Positions 27,062 to 36,443 of a stretch of 64,000 nucleotides of DNA are shown here, piece by piece. The position numbers were made by a program, and so were the translations under genes. This stretch comes from Candidatus Longimicrobiales bacterium M2_2A_002 (GTDB taxonomy: Bacteria; Gemmatimonadota; Gemmatimonadetes; Longimicrobiales; RSA9): assembly GCA_051418035.1 (NCBI GenBank), contig JBPRGE010000058.1:11135-75134 (forward strand). Direction: 5' to 3'. The notes beneath the pieces are model-generated. The model was not told where the DNA came from, made no database searches, and saw only the letters and a program-made list of their open reading frames with translations. Each line of letters opens with the position of its first letter. Positions within the stretch are counted from its first letter, which is position 1.

Positions 27062-28822
27062 TCAGCCGTCGGCCCCACCACCGGACCCCGGCAGCCGGGC
27101 CGACGGCTCCGTCGATGCCGCGGACGCCGACACGAGGCCCGGCGGGCAGGGCGGGAACCGGATCGGGCCGGTGGCGTCGCGTTCGATCTCCATCAGCGGA
27201 GGGTCCCACGAGTCCGGCAGGACGCCGAGCAGCGTGGCCCCCTTGCCGGTGGGCTGCTGCCTCCCCCGGATCAGGCAGAAGCGACGCTGCAGCTCCGTGA
27301 CCGCCGGGAGCAGGTACACCTCGGCCGTGCCGCCCAGCTCATCCAGGACCACGTACCGGGCACCCAGTCGGGCCGCCCGTTCCAGCAGCTTCTCGTGGTC
27401 CAGGGTGAAGGGGTAGACCTCGCCGGGGTAGCCGCTGAACCAGTACCACTGGCGGGGCTTCCGTGAGATCACGACGGCATCATCGGGCAGCCGCCCCCGG
27501 GACCACTCTGCCAGCTCGAGGAACGCCCGCTGCTCGGGCGCCAGACAGGCGAACAGCCCCGACTCGCGGACCGCCGCCCGGCACTCCGCCGCCATCGACC
27601 AGAGCATGAACGACGGCGGGAGGGCGAACCCCAGGATCAGTGCGGCCGCGCCCACCCGGACCCGGCCCCGGGCCGCGGGCCACGGCAGCGCGGACACGCC
27701 TGAAGCCGCGTACACGAGCAGTACCGGCAGGAGCGGGAACAGGAAGCGGTCGGACGCCCACGGCTCGGGCCAGAGGAGGAGCATCCCGGCGTAGAGGACC
27801 GCGAAGATCTCGACCGGACCGATCCGGAGCGCCCCCACGCGGGCCGGCCTGGTGGCCCGCGCCTCCCTGGCCGCCCGCGCGGCTCCGGTTGTCCGGTCGG
27901 CCGTGGAGGCCCCGTTGTCGGGGCCCTCCACCCGACCCGCGAGGCGGGCGACGAACCCCGCCGCGGCGGAACCCGCCAGCACCACGCCACCGACCGCCGC
28001 CAGCAGGCCGGCCGCGCCGACCAGGGTCCGCATCAGGATCCGGAGCCCGTACTGCTCGGCATTGCCGACCAGCCGCTCCAGCAGTCCCGCAGCACCGACC
28101 CGACCGAGCTCCGGAACGTACGGGTCCTGGAGCCAGAACTGGGAGACGTACGGATTCTCCACGGCTGGTGCCCGCAGCGTCCAGAGGACCGCCACAGCGA
28201 TGAGCACCGCTGCCGTCGTCAGCGCCGGCCGCCACCGACGCCGGAGCCCGAGCCAGACCACGATCGCGACCAGGAGCGGGAGCCCCGCCGTCCGGAGCGC
28301 CAACGCACAGAACGCCAGGACGATCCCCCAGCCCGTGCGGCCCCGCTCGAGCGCCAGCAGCGCGCCCATGGTCACGGCCCAGAACGGGACGTCCGAGAGG
28401 ATCCACTGGTTCTCGGCCGCCACTCCGGGCGCAACGGCCAGAATCAGCCCGAGCCCTGCTGCGGTGGTCGCCGTGGTCCGGGTGCGCATCCACAGGTAGC
28501 TGAGCCCGACCGCGGCAGCGGAGAAGCCGAGCATCATCAGCTTCATCCCCATCCAGCTCCGGATCCCCAGTGTCCACGCGACCGCCAGGATGACCGGGAA
28601 CCCCGGCGGGTACTGGGTGTGGGGCGGCCGCGCCGGGTTCCAGAGCTCGAGGTACCGGCCGTGATCGAGGAGCGACCGGGCCAGCGCCAGGTAGGCCGTG
28701 TTGTCCCCTCCCACGTGCGGACCGGGATCGAACGCCAGGACGCCGACCACCCCGTGCAGAACGACGAGCCCCGCCGCGACCACCCACGGCCGGTCGTGAG
28801 CCAGCCGCAGCAGGGGCCTCAC
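27062..28822 (-). CDS. GT-C fold (ArnT/PMT-like) membrane glycosyltransferase-like protein with soluble C-terminal domain
   Basis: 586 aa. About 10 TM helices with an early loop DNTAYLALARSLLDHGRY and YPPGFPVILA, typical of GT39/GT83-like proteins. The GTG start at 28822 overlaps the nagZ stop (GTGA). Confidence 0.65.
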   Translation of the reverse strand: MRPLLRLAHDRPWVVAAGLVVLHGVVGVLAFDPGPHVGGDNTAYLALARSLLDHGRYLELWNPARPPHTQYPPGFPVILAVAWTLGIRSWMGMKLMMLGFSAAAVGLSYLWMRTRTTATTAAGLGLILAVAPGVAAENQWILSDVPFWAVTMGALLALERGRTGWGIVLAFCALALRTAGLPLLVAIVVWLGLRRRWRPALTTAAVLIAVAVLWTLRAPAVENPYVSQFWLQDPYVPELGRVGAAGLLERLVGNAEQYGLRILMRTLVGAAGLLAAVGGVVLAGSAAAGFVARLAGRVEGPDNGASTADRTTGAARAAREARATRPARVGALRIGPVEIFAVLYAGMLLLWPEPWASDRFLFPLLPVLLVYAASGVSALPWPAARGRVRVGAAALILGFALPPSFMLWSMAAECRAAVRESGLFACLAPEQRAFLELAEWSRGRLPDDAVVISRKPRQWYWFSGYPGEVYPFTLDHEKLLERAARLGARYVVLDELGGTAEVYLLPAVTELQRRFCLIRGRQQPTGKGATLLGVLPDSWDPPLMEIERDATGPIRFPPCPPGLVSASAASTEPSARLPGSGGGADG

Positions 28823-30282
28823 ACCGCGCCCCGCGCGAGCCGGACGGCGGCCGCCTCCTGCATCAGCGGCTCACCGCCCCATGCGCACAGCACGTTCTCG
28901 CCCGGCAGGTCCCCCGCCAGCCGGGGATGGCCGAACAGCACCACCAGCGACGCCGGTGCCGCCTCGACCGCAGCCCGGAGCCGGCGGCTCGCGGCCTCGC
29001 GGAGCCCGGGGCGACCCTTGAATCCACGGGTGTCGGCGTGCACCGCCACCACGACCGGTCTCCCACCCGTCGGCGACTCGACCGGGATCACCGCCGCGCC
29101 CGCCTTCCGCAGCGTCTCGGGGAACGCCGATCGGGAGGGTGCCGGGTACGGGCCACCCACGTCGTCGTCCACCGTGACCAGCTCGAAGGGTCCGGCCAGC
29201 GCCGCATCGCCACGGATCACATGGACCGCCACGGTCGCCAGCCGGAGCGCCCACGCCCGGTCCGCCGCGGCACCCACGGCGCGCGTGCCGCCCGCCTCAC
29301 CGCCGGCCGCGTCACCGTCCACCCGCGCCGCGAGCCGTCCGATCCGCGCCACGGCCCCATCGATCCGCGCCGCGGCCAGCTCCCGGCCCCGTGCGGCCTC
29401 GAGCCCGGCTGCCACGGCGTGGGGGTCCGGCGGGTAGAGGAGCGCATCACAGCCGGCGGCCACGGCGCGGACGGCCGCGGCCTCGACGCCCCCGTCGACG
29501 CCTCCCGTGAGGCCCTCCATGATCAGCGCGTCGGTGACCACGACGCCGTCGAACCCGAGCCGATCCCGGAGCAGCCCGTCCAGGATCGGGCCCGAGAGCG
29601 TGGCGGGCGCACCCGATGGGTCCAGCGCAGGAAACGCCACGTGCGCGGTCATGATGGCGTCCACGCCGGCCTCGATGGCCGACCGGAACGGCTCGAGCTC
29701 GGCGACCAGCGTCGCCCGATCGGCGTCCACGGCCGGGAGCACGAGGTGGGAGTCGACGGTGGTGCGCCCGTGCCCCGGGAAGTGCTTGGCGCACGACAGC
29801 GCGCCCGCCGACCGGCACCCCTCCACCCAGGCGCCGACGTGTCGGGCGGCCGCCTCCGGATCGGTGCCGAACGCTCGCGTCCCGACGATGGGGTTCGCCG
29901 GCTCCACGTCCACGTCGGCCACGGGTGCGTAGGCCCAGTCCACACCGAGCGCCCGGGCCTCCCGGCCCGTGAGCGCGCCCGCCCGATGGGTCACCGACGG
30001 GTCCTCGAGCGAGGCCAGCGCCGCGGCCGGCGGCAGTGGCGTCGCACCCTCGAACTGCTGACCGGCGCCCCGCTCCAGGTCCGCGCCCACGAGGATCGGA
30101 TGCCGGCTCCCCGACCGGAGCCGGGTCGTGAGCTCGGCTGCGGCCTCGGTCGGGCCGCCGAACACGATGAACCCGCCGACGCCGAGCTCGAGGAAGCCGT
30201 CGATCCGGTCGGCCATGTCCCAGGCCGCTCGCTCCGGGTCCCATCGGACTGCCGGGAAGAGGAGGCGGGCCGCATCGCTCAC
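28819..30282 (-). CDS. nagZ: beta-N-acetylhexosaminidase (GH3, NagZ-like)
   Basis: Part of tracked ORF 28819..31005. The GTG at 30282 overlaps the anmK stop (GTGA). Motifs GADLERGAGQQ, NPIVGTRAFG, KHFPGHGRTTVDSH, VVVTDALIMEG. Confidence 0.8.
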   Translation of the reverse strand: MSDAARLLFPAVRWDPERAAWDMADRIDGFLELGVGGFIVFGGPTEAAAELTTRLRSGSRHPILVGADLERGAGQQFEGATPLPPAAALASLEDPSVTHRAGALTGREARALGVDWAYAPVADVDVEPANPIVGTRAFGTDPEAAARHVGAWVEGCRSAGALSCAKHFPGHGRTTVDSHLVLPAVDADRATLVAELEPFRSAIEAGVDAIMTAHVAFPALDPSGAPATLSGPILDGLLRDRLGFDGVVVTDALIMEGLTGGVDGGVEAAAVRAVAAGCDALLYPPDPHAVAAGLEAARGRELAAARIDGAVARIGRLAARVDGDAAGGEAGGTRAVGAAADRAWALRLATVAVHVIRGDAALAGPFELVTVDDDVGGPYPAPSRSAFPETLRKAGAAVIPVESPTGGRPVVVAVHADTRGFKGRPGLREAASRRLRAAVEAAPASLVVLFGHPRLAGDLPGENVLCAWGGEPLMQEAAAVRLARGAV

Positions 30283-31532
30283 GGCAGGTCGCTCCCCGCC
30301 GGGTCCGGTCGCCGGCCGTCCCGACCGGGCGTGAGGCTGCCCAGGACGCGCGGGCCTGCCGCCCCCGTCACCGACGGCACGTTCGCCGCCCGGCCGGTCA
30401 CGTGCGCCCACGCCAGGACCGCGAACGCCACCGCCTCCTTCGCCGCCGGGTCGATCCCCAGCCGGTCGCCGTGGTGCACAGGCCGCGGCGCGAGCTCGGA
30501 CCGGAGCCACTCCATCAGCACGGGGTTCTCCGCCCCGCCACCGGTGACGATGACCTCGCCGTCCAACGGACCGGCCCACTGTCGGATCGCGTCGGCGATG
30601 GAGCGGGCCACCACCACCGTAAGCGTGGCCACCAGCCCCGCCCACTCCGCCCGGTCCGATGGCCGCGCCCCGGCCACCAGCGACGCCACGTAGTCGGCGC
30701 CGAACCGCTCCCGGCCGGTGGACTTCGGCGGCGGCCGGTGGAAGTACGCGTCCGCCAGCAGCGTCTCCGCGAGCGCCTCGTCCACCCTGCCCCGCCGGGC
30801 CCACTCGCCGTTGGCGTCGTAGTGCCGGGCGCCATCCGTGGCCATCGCCATCGCCGCATCGATGATGGCGTTCCCCGGACCGGTGTCGAACGCGACGACG
30901 GCTTCGTCCGAGCCCCGCGCCGGGACCCGGGTCACGTTGGCCATCCCGCCGATGTTGACGAGCGTCCGTCGCGCATCGCCGGCGAAAAGCAGGGCATCCA
31001 CCCACGGGACCAGCGGCGCACCCTCGCCGCCCGCCGCCATGTCGCGACTGCGGAAGTCGCTGACCACCGGGATCCCCGTCCGCTCGGCGATGGTGGCCGG
31101 GTCGCCGATCTGGAGGGAGTAGCCGCGGCCGGGATCGGGGTCGGGCCCGCCCCCCCGGGGCTGCCGGGGACCGGCGCCCTCACCCCCGCCGTCCGATCCG
31201 GCCTCCGACGCGACGGCCGGCGGGCGGTGCCGGACGGTCTGGCCGTGGGATCCGATCACATCCACGGCCGCCGGGTCGACGCCCGCGCTCCGGCACACCC
31301 GCAGCGCGGCATCGGCGAGCCACCCGCCCAGCGCGACGTGGAGCGCGGCCAGCGTGTCGACGGTGCCGCCGGCAATGACGTCGTGGATCCGCTGGCGCTG
31401 ATCGGGGGTGTACGGCACGGTCTCGAACGCCACGACCCGCCACACCGGAGGCGGCCCCGGCGCCTCGATCTCCACCAGGACGGCATCGATCCCGTCCAGG
31501 GACGTCCCGGACATGAGGCCCACCACCCTCAC
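30279..31532 (-). CDS. anmK: anhydro-N-acetylmuramic acid kinase
   Basis: Part of tracked ORF 30279..32993. GTG 31532 (GGAGG 5 nt upstream) gives MRVVGLMSGTSLDGIDAV. Later motifs: LQIGDPATIAERTGIPVVSDFRSRDMAAGGEGAPLVP, NIGGMANV, FDTGPGN. Confidence 0.85.
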   Translation of the reverse strand: MRVVGLMSGTSLDGIDAVLVEIEAPGPPPVWRVVAFETVPYTPDQRQRIHDVIAGGTVDTLAALHVALGGWLADAALRVCRSAGVDPAAVDVIGSHGQTVRHRPPAVASEAGSDGGGEGAGPRQPRGGGPDPDPGRGYSLQIGDPATIAERTGIPVVSDFRSRDMAAGGEGAPLVPWVDALLFAGDARRTLVNIGGMANVTRVPARGSDEAVVAFDTGPGNAIIDAAMAMATDGARHYDANGEWARRGRVDEALAETLLADAYFHRPPPKSTGRERFGADYVASLVAGARPSDRAEWAGLVATLTVVVARSIADAIRQWAGPLDGEVIVTGGGAENPVLMEWLRSELAPRPVHHGDRLGIDPAAKEAVAFAVLAWAHVTGRAANVPSVTGAAGPRVLGSLTPGRDGRRPDPAGSDLP

Positions 31533-31607
31533 GGGTCCTCCGGTTGCTGGGGTCCGCGGAAACGCTCTACATTCGGCCGGTCCGAAGTTACCCGAGCCGG
31601 TGCTCCG

Positions 31608-32798
31608 ATGCGAGAACTCCTCCAGCACGCCCGCACCTTCGAGTCCGACCTGGTCGAGCTGCGACGCGACATCCACGCGCACCCCGAGCTGTCGTTCCGG
31701 GAGGAGCGGACCGCCGCCCGGGCCGCGGACGCGGTCGAGGCGCTGCGCTGGGACGTCCGCCGCGGCGTCGGCGGCCACGGCGTCGTCGCCGAGATCGGGT
31801 CCGGAGTCGGGCCCGCGGTGGCGCTGCGGGCGGACATGGACGCCCTCCCGATCCAGGAGTCCAGCGACGTTCCGTACCGGTCCACCGTCGATGGCGTGAT
31901 GCACGCGTGCGGCCATGACGCCCACACAGCCATGCTCGTCGGCGCGGCCCGGCTCCTGGCCGACGTCCACGACCGCGACGCGCTCCCCGACGGCACCGTC
32001 CGCCTCCTCTTCCAGCCCGCCGAGGAGCTGGCCGACCAGGAGAACCGGAGCGGCGCCGCCCACATGGTCGAGGCCGGCGCCATGGCCGGCATCGATGCCG
32101 TGTTCGCCCTCCACGTGGGGCCCCACCTCCCGGCCGGGAAGGTCTTCGTGCGGGAGGGTGGCGTCATGGCCGGCAGCGACACCTTCACCGCCCACATCCT
32201 CGGCCGGGCCGCCCACGGCGCCCGGCCCGACGCGGGCGTGGATGCCATCGTCCTGGCCGCCCACGTGGTCCTGGCCGCACAGAACGCCGTGGCCCGCCGG
32301 ATCTCGCCAATGCAGTCCGGCGTCCTCACCTTCGGCGCCGTCCGCGGCGGCACCGCCGAGAACGTGCTGGCGGAGCGGGTGAGCCTGGACGGCACGCTCC
32401 GCTACTTCGACCCCGAGGTCCGGAAGCGGCTCCGGTCCGCGCTCGAGGACGCCCTCTCCGTTGCGGACACCATGGGCGGCGGCCACGAGCTCGAGCTCCG
32501 GTCCGGCTATCCACCGACCCTCAACGATCCGGCCACGACGCGGCTGGCCGCCGGGGCCGCCCGGGAGATCCTCGGCGATGACGGCGTGTGGGAAGCGGAG
32601 CCGATGATGGGCACCGAGGACTTCGCGCTCCTCCTGGCCGAGGCGCCCGGCACGCTCCTCTGGCTCGGCGCCGCGCCGGACCGGCCCCGGGAGCTGCACC
32701 AGGCGGACATGGACATCGACGAGTCCGTCCTGCCCGTCGGCGCGGCGGTGCTCGCCGGCTGCGCGATGGCCGCGCTGCGACAGAACGAACGCGGCTGA
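31608..32798 (+). CDS. M20D-family amidohydrolase
   Basis: Part of tracked ORF 30402..32798. ATG 31608 gives MRELLQHARTFESDLVELRRDIHAHPELSF. Motifs MHACGHDAH and FQPAEE. Confidence 0.85.
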   Translation: MRELLQHARTFESDLVELRRDIHAHPELSFREERTAARAADAVEALRWDVRRGVGGHGVVAEIGSGVGPAVALRADMDALPIQESSDVPYRSTVDGVMHACGHDAHTAMLVGAARLLADVHDRDALPDGTVRLLFQPAEELADQENRSGAAHMVEAGAMAGIDAVFALHVGPHLPAGKVFVREGGVMAGSDTFTAHILGRAAHGARPDAGVDAIVLAAHVVLAAQNAVARRISPMQSGVLTFGAVRGGTAENVLAERVSLDGTLRYFDPEVRKRLRSALEDALSVADTMGGGHELELRSGYPPTLNDPATTRLAAGAAREILGDDGVWEAEPMMGTEDFALLLAEAPGTLLWLGAAPDRPRELHQADMDIDESVLPVGAAVLAGCAMAALRQNERG

Positions 32799-32853
32799 GA
32801 CGTCCTGTGTTCGACAGGCGGCGTTGGACGGACAGTCGAAGGAGCGAGTGGCC

Positions 32854-33204
32854 ATGGAAAGACGGATCGTACCCCGGATGGTGCTGGCTCTGGCCGTAGT
32901 ACTGGGCGCGTGCGCCGCGGGAACCGAGCTCGAGGCCGTGCGGAGCGACCTCACCGTGGAGGCCCGACCCGGCGTCCTCGTGCTGCACAACACCGGTGCC
33001 CGGACGGTGCGCTACGTGGGGCTGGTCAGCGGCGCGCTGGCCCAGGTCACGGAGCCGGACGAGTGGCCCGAGATCGGCTCCGGCGCGACCGTGGAGCTGC
33101 CCAACGAGGAACTCATCGCGTACACATCGCAGACCACCCGGGCGACGATCCTCTGGACCACCGGCGATCAACCCCCCGCTTCGATCGAGGTCGAGCTCCG
33201 CTGA
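32854..33204 (+). CDS. small lipoprotein, unknown function
   Basis: ATG 32854 with AAGGAG 9 nt upstream. Lipobox LAVVLGAC. Confidence 0.6.
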   Translation: MERRIVPRMVLALAVVLGACAAGTELEAVRSDLTVEARPGVLVLHNTGARTVRYVGLVSGALAQVTEPDEWPEIGSGATVELPNEELIAYTSQTTRATILWTTGDQPPASIEVELR

Positions 33205-33208
33205 CCCA

Positions 33209-34072
33209 TCACACCTCCAGCCAGTCGTCGATCAGTGAGCGGGAGAGAGCGTACGGGTCGGGGATCACGACCTCCCCGGACGCCACCGCCTCCCGGAGCT
33301 CCGGCCGCGTGAACCACCGCGCGTCCGCCAGCTCGTCGCCCAGCACCACGGCCCCGGGCGCCGCCTCCGTCCGGAACCCGACCATCAGCGTGTGGGGGAA
33401 CGGCCACGGCTGCGAGGCGAAGTACTCGGTCCGCTCCACGGCCAGGCCCACCTCCTCGTCCACCTCCCGGGCCAGAGCCTGCTCCAGGCTCTCGCCGGGC
33501 TCGACGAACCCCGCCAGCGTGCTGAACCGGCGGTCCGGCCACTCGGTCTGGTGGACGAGCAGCGCCCGGTCCCCGCGCCGGATCAGCGTGATGATCGCAG
33601 GGTCCGAGCGGGGGAACTGGACCTGGCCGCAGCCGTCCGCGGTACAGACCCGCAGGTGCCCCATGCGCTCCGACCGCGTCGGCGCGCCGCACGTCCCGCA
33701 GTGCCGCGCCCGGTCGTGCCACGCCAGCAGCCCCGCGGCGTAGAACAGCAGCCCGGCCTGCCACTCCGGGAGCCGGGCGCCCGCCCAGCGCAGGCTCGTG
33801 AGCTCGCCGCCCGTGGCCGTCTCCAGCCGCTGTGCCTCGGCCTCGTCCACGGACCACGCAGCGTATCGACGGCCCGCCCGCTCGCCGAGCAGCACGAGCT
33901 CCGCGTCGGCGCTCGCGGTGCCGGGCTCGACGAACACCGCCTCCGCGTCCCGAATCAGGGCCCGGTGCCCGCGCACGACCACCACGGCCTCCGGCGCCAT
34001 CGGGGCGTCCAGGCCCCGTATCCCATCGAGCCGGTCGAGGCCCGGCCCCCGAATGTGATCCGCTCTGACCAC
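33209..34072 (-). CDS. nudC: NAD(+) diphosphatase (NudC-type Nudix hydrolase)
   Basis: Part of ORF 33209..34306. GTG 34072 is preceded by GGAGGGGAGGAG. Zinc ribbon CGTCGAPT...CTADGCG. Nudix box GFVEPGESLEQALAREVDEEVG. Also contains SQPWPFP. Confidence 0.85.
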   Translation of the reverse strand: MVRADHIRGPGLDRLDGIRGLDAPMAPEAVVVVRGHRALIRDAEAVFVEPGTASADAELVLLGERAGRRYAAWSVDEAEAQRLETATGGELTSLRWAGARLPEWQAGLLFYAAGLLAWHDRARHCGTCGAPTRSERMGHLRVCTADGCGQVQFPRSDPAIITLIRRGDRALLVHQTEWPDRRFSTLAGFVEPGESLEQALAREVDEEVGLAVERTEYFASQPWPFPHTLMVGFRTEAAPGAVVLGDELADARWFTRPELREAVASGEVVIPDPYALSRSLIDDWLEV

Positions 34073-34274
34073 TCGTCTCCTCCCCTCCAATGCTGTCCCG
34101 TTGGATGGCCCGCCCCCCGGGACCGTTGCCCGTCCTGGACCGGTCTGCCGGAAAGGTAGACACCCGCGCCCGCCGGGTCGAGACGCCCGACGAGGCGGTG
34201 GAACCCGCCCTCCGGGCCTGTGCCGCGGCGACGGAAAACTGGACCCGATCTGCCCGTCCGGTGTACCCCGGTCC

Positions 34275-36059
34275 GTGACCCTGTTCAAGCGGCTGTACCC
34301 GTACATCCGTCCCTACCGGTGGGGCTACGCCGCCGGCCTGCTCCTGGTGGTGCTGGCCAACAGCTTCGCCATCATGGCGCCCCGACTCCTGGGCGACGCC
34401 ATCGACGTGATCGAGGCCGGCGACCCGTCCATGGACATCATCGTCCGGTACGCACTCCTGATCATCGGTGTCGCCGTGCTCGGCGGCGCGGCCCGGTACG
34501 GGATGCGCGAGCTGCTGAACGGGTACAGCCGGAAGATCGAGACGGACCTGCGCCAGGACTTCTTCCGGCACCTGATGCGCCTCGACGCGTCGTTCTACGG
34601 CAGCTGGCGGACGGGCGACCTCATGAGCCGGGCCACCAACGACATCCTGAGCGTCCGGATGGCCGTCGGCCCCGCCATCATGTACACGGTCAACACGGCC
34701 GTGCTCGGCACCCTCGCCATCGCGTTCATGCTGAACGTCAGCCCGCTCCTCACGGGGCTCGCGCTGGTGCCCATGATCCTGCTCCCGCCGGTCACCCTCT
34801 ACTTCGGGAAGCTGATCCACCGGAAGTACGAGAAGATCCAGGACCACCTGGGCACGCTGACCACCATGGTCCAGGAGAGCCTGGCCGGCGCCCGGATCGT
34901 ACGGGCCTACACCCAGGAGTCGGCGCAGGAGGAGGAGTTCGGCCGGCTGAACGAGGAGTACCTGCGGAAGAACATGGACCTGGTGGTCTCCACCGGCGCG
35001 TTCTACCCGTCGCTTTCGCTCATGGCCGGGCTCGGCATGCTCGTGGTCCTCTACGTCGGCGGCCGGCTCGTCATTGCGGGCGATGTCACCATCGGCAGCT
35101 TCGTCGCGTTCGGGTTCTACCTGACCATGATGATCTGGCCGATGATCGCACTCGGCTGGGTCATCAACCTGTACCAGCGGGGCGCGGCGTCGCTGAAGCG
35201 GATCATGGCCGTCTTCGACACCGAGCCGGCCATCGGTGAGCCCCGTGAGCCCGTCGCCCTCGAGCCCGTCCGTGGCGAGGTCGAGTTCCGCGGCGTCGCG
35301 TTCCGCTACCCGGGGACCGAGCGGGACGTGCTGACCGACGTCTCGTTCCGGGTACCGTCCGGTTCCACCACCGCGCTGGTCGGCCCCACGGGCTCCGGCA
35401 AGTCGACCGTGGTCGACCTGGTGGCCCGACTCTACGACCCGACGGAGGGCCAGATCCTCCTGGACGGTGTGCCCATGGACCGCCTCCCGCTCGGGACGAT
35501 CCGCGATGCCATCGGGCTGGTCCCCCAGGACGCGTTCCTCTTCAGCGATACCATAGCCGACAACATCGCCCTCGGAATCGACGCTGCCGGCGACGACGTC
35601 ATGGAGCCCGTCCGCGCGGCCTCGAAGATCGCGCAGCTCGATGAGGCCATCGCCGGGTTCCCCCACGGGTTCGAGACCCGGCTCGGGGAGCGCGGTGTGA
35701 ACCTGTCCGGCGGCCAGCGGCAGCGGACCACGCTCGCCCGGGCGCTGGCCCGCGATCCGCGGATCCTGATCCTCGACGACTCGCTGAGCGCCGTCGACAC
35801 GCACACCGAGCGCCGGATCCTCCAGGGGCTCCGTGATGTGCTGGCCGACCGCACCGCGCTCATCGTCAGCCACCGGGTGACCGCGGTCATGGAGGCCGAC
35901 CAGATCCTGGTCCTCGAGGACGGCCGGATCGTCGAGCGGGGCACCCACGACGAGCTCCTGGCCGCCGATGGCACCTACGCCCGGCTCCTCCGCAGGCAGC
36001 TGCTGGAAGAGCGCCTCCAGGGCGACGAGTCCGCAGCCGACATGGCGGTGGCCACATGA
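34275..36059 (+). CDS. ABC exporter, fused permease/ATPase (MsbA-like)
   Basis: Part of ORF 34101..36059. GTG 34275 gives VTLFKRLYPYIRPYRWGY. Six-TM domain. Walker A GPTGSGKST, signature LSGGQRQR, Walker B ILILDD. Confidence 0.85.
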   Translation: MTLFKRLYPYIRPYRWGYAAGLLLVVLANSFAIMAPRLLGDAIDVIEAGDPSMDIIVRYALLIIGVAVLGGAARYGMRELLNGYSRKIETDLRQDFFRHLMRLDASFYGSWRTGDLMSRATNDILSVRMAVGPAIMYTVNTAVLGTLAIAFMLNVSPLLTGLALVPMILLPPVTLYFGKLIHRKYEKIQDHLGTLTTMVQESLAGARIVRAYTQESAQEEEFGRLNEEYLRKNMDLVVSTGAFYPSLSLMAGLGMLVVLYVGGRLVIAGDVTIGSFVAFGFYLTMMIWPMIALGWVINLYQRGAASLKRIMAVFDTEPAIGEPREPVALEPVRGEVEFRGVAFRYPGTERDVLTDVSFRVPSGSTTALVGPTGSGKSTVVDLVARLYDPTEGQILLDGVPMDRLPLGTIRDAIGLVPQDAFLFSDTIADNIALGIDAAGDDVMEPVRAASKIAQLDEAIAGFPHGFETRLGERGVNLSGGQRQRTTLARALARDPRILILDDSLSAVDTHTERRILQGLRDVLADRTALIVSHRVTAVMEADQILVLEDGRIVERGTHDELLAADGTYARLLRRQLLEERLQGDESAADMAVAT

Positions 36060-36433
36060 CCGACCTGCGTCCGACCGTCCTCCTGGTCGAGGACGACGAC
36101 CTGCTCCGCGAGTCCTTCGCTCTCCTCCTCGAGGACGCCGGCTACCGCGTGCTCCCCGCGGGCACCGCGGCGGCAGCGCTCGAGACGGTCCGGGCCGACG
36201 AGCCCGCACTGGTCATCATCGACCTCGGGCTGCCGGACCGGCCGGGGCTGGAGGTGATCCGCGAGATCCGCGCCGACCCGGCGCTGGACGCGGTCGCCAT
36301 CATCGCTCTGACCGGACGGGTCGGAGCAGAGCACGAGAAGGCGTGCCTCGACGCCGGCTGCGACCGGTTCCTCGGCAAGCCCGTGGCGGCCACCGCCCTG
36401 CTGGACGCCCTCGCGGCGCTCGTCAGGACCTGA
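36056..36433 (+). CDS. single-domain (CheY-like) response regulator
   Basis: 125 aa with VLLVEDDD...VIIDLGLPD...GKP. The ATG overlaps the exporter stop (ATGA). Confidence 0.85.
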   Translation: MTDLRPTVLLVEDDDLLRESFALLLEDAGYRVLPAGTAAAALETVRADEPALVIIDLGLPDRPGLEVIREIRADPALDAVAIIALTGRVGAEHEKACLDAGCDRFLGKPVAATALLDALAALVRT

Positions 36434-36443
36434 GCGTCCGCCC

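Noticed and set aside
33168-36209. 1013-aa minus-strand ORF. The same judgement applies to 24467..27037 (-), 42560..44893 (-), 19541..22558 (+), 54521..57397 (+), 22173..24488 (+), 59289..61010 (+), 60593..62113 (+), 61851..63527 (+) and the 5' part of 48438..51287 (+).
   Set aside because: All are antisense or out of frame relative to genes with clear family motifs. All are dominated by R, P, G and A and lack any motif. They are artefacts of GC-rich sequence.
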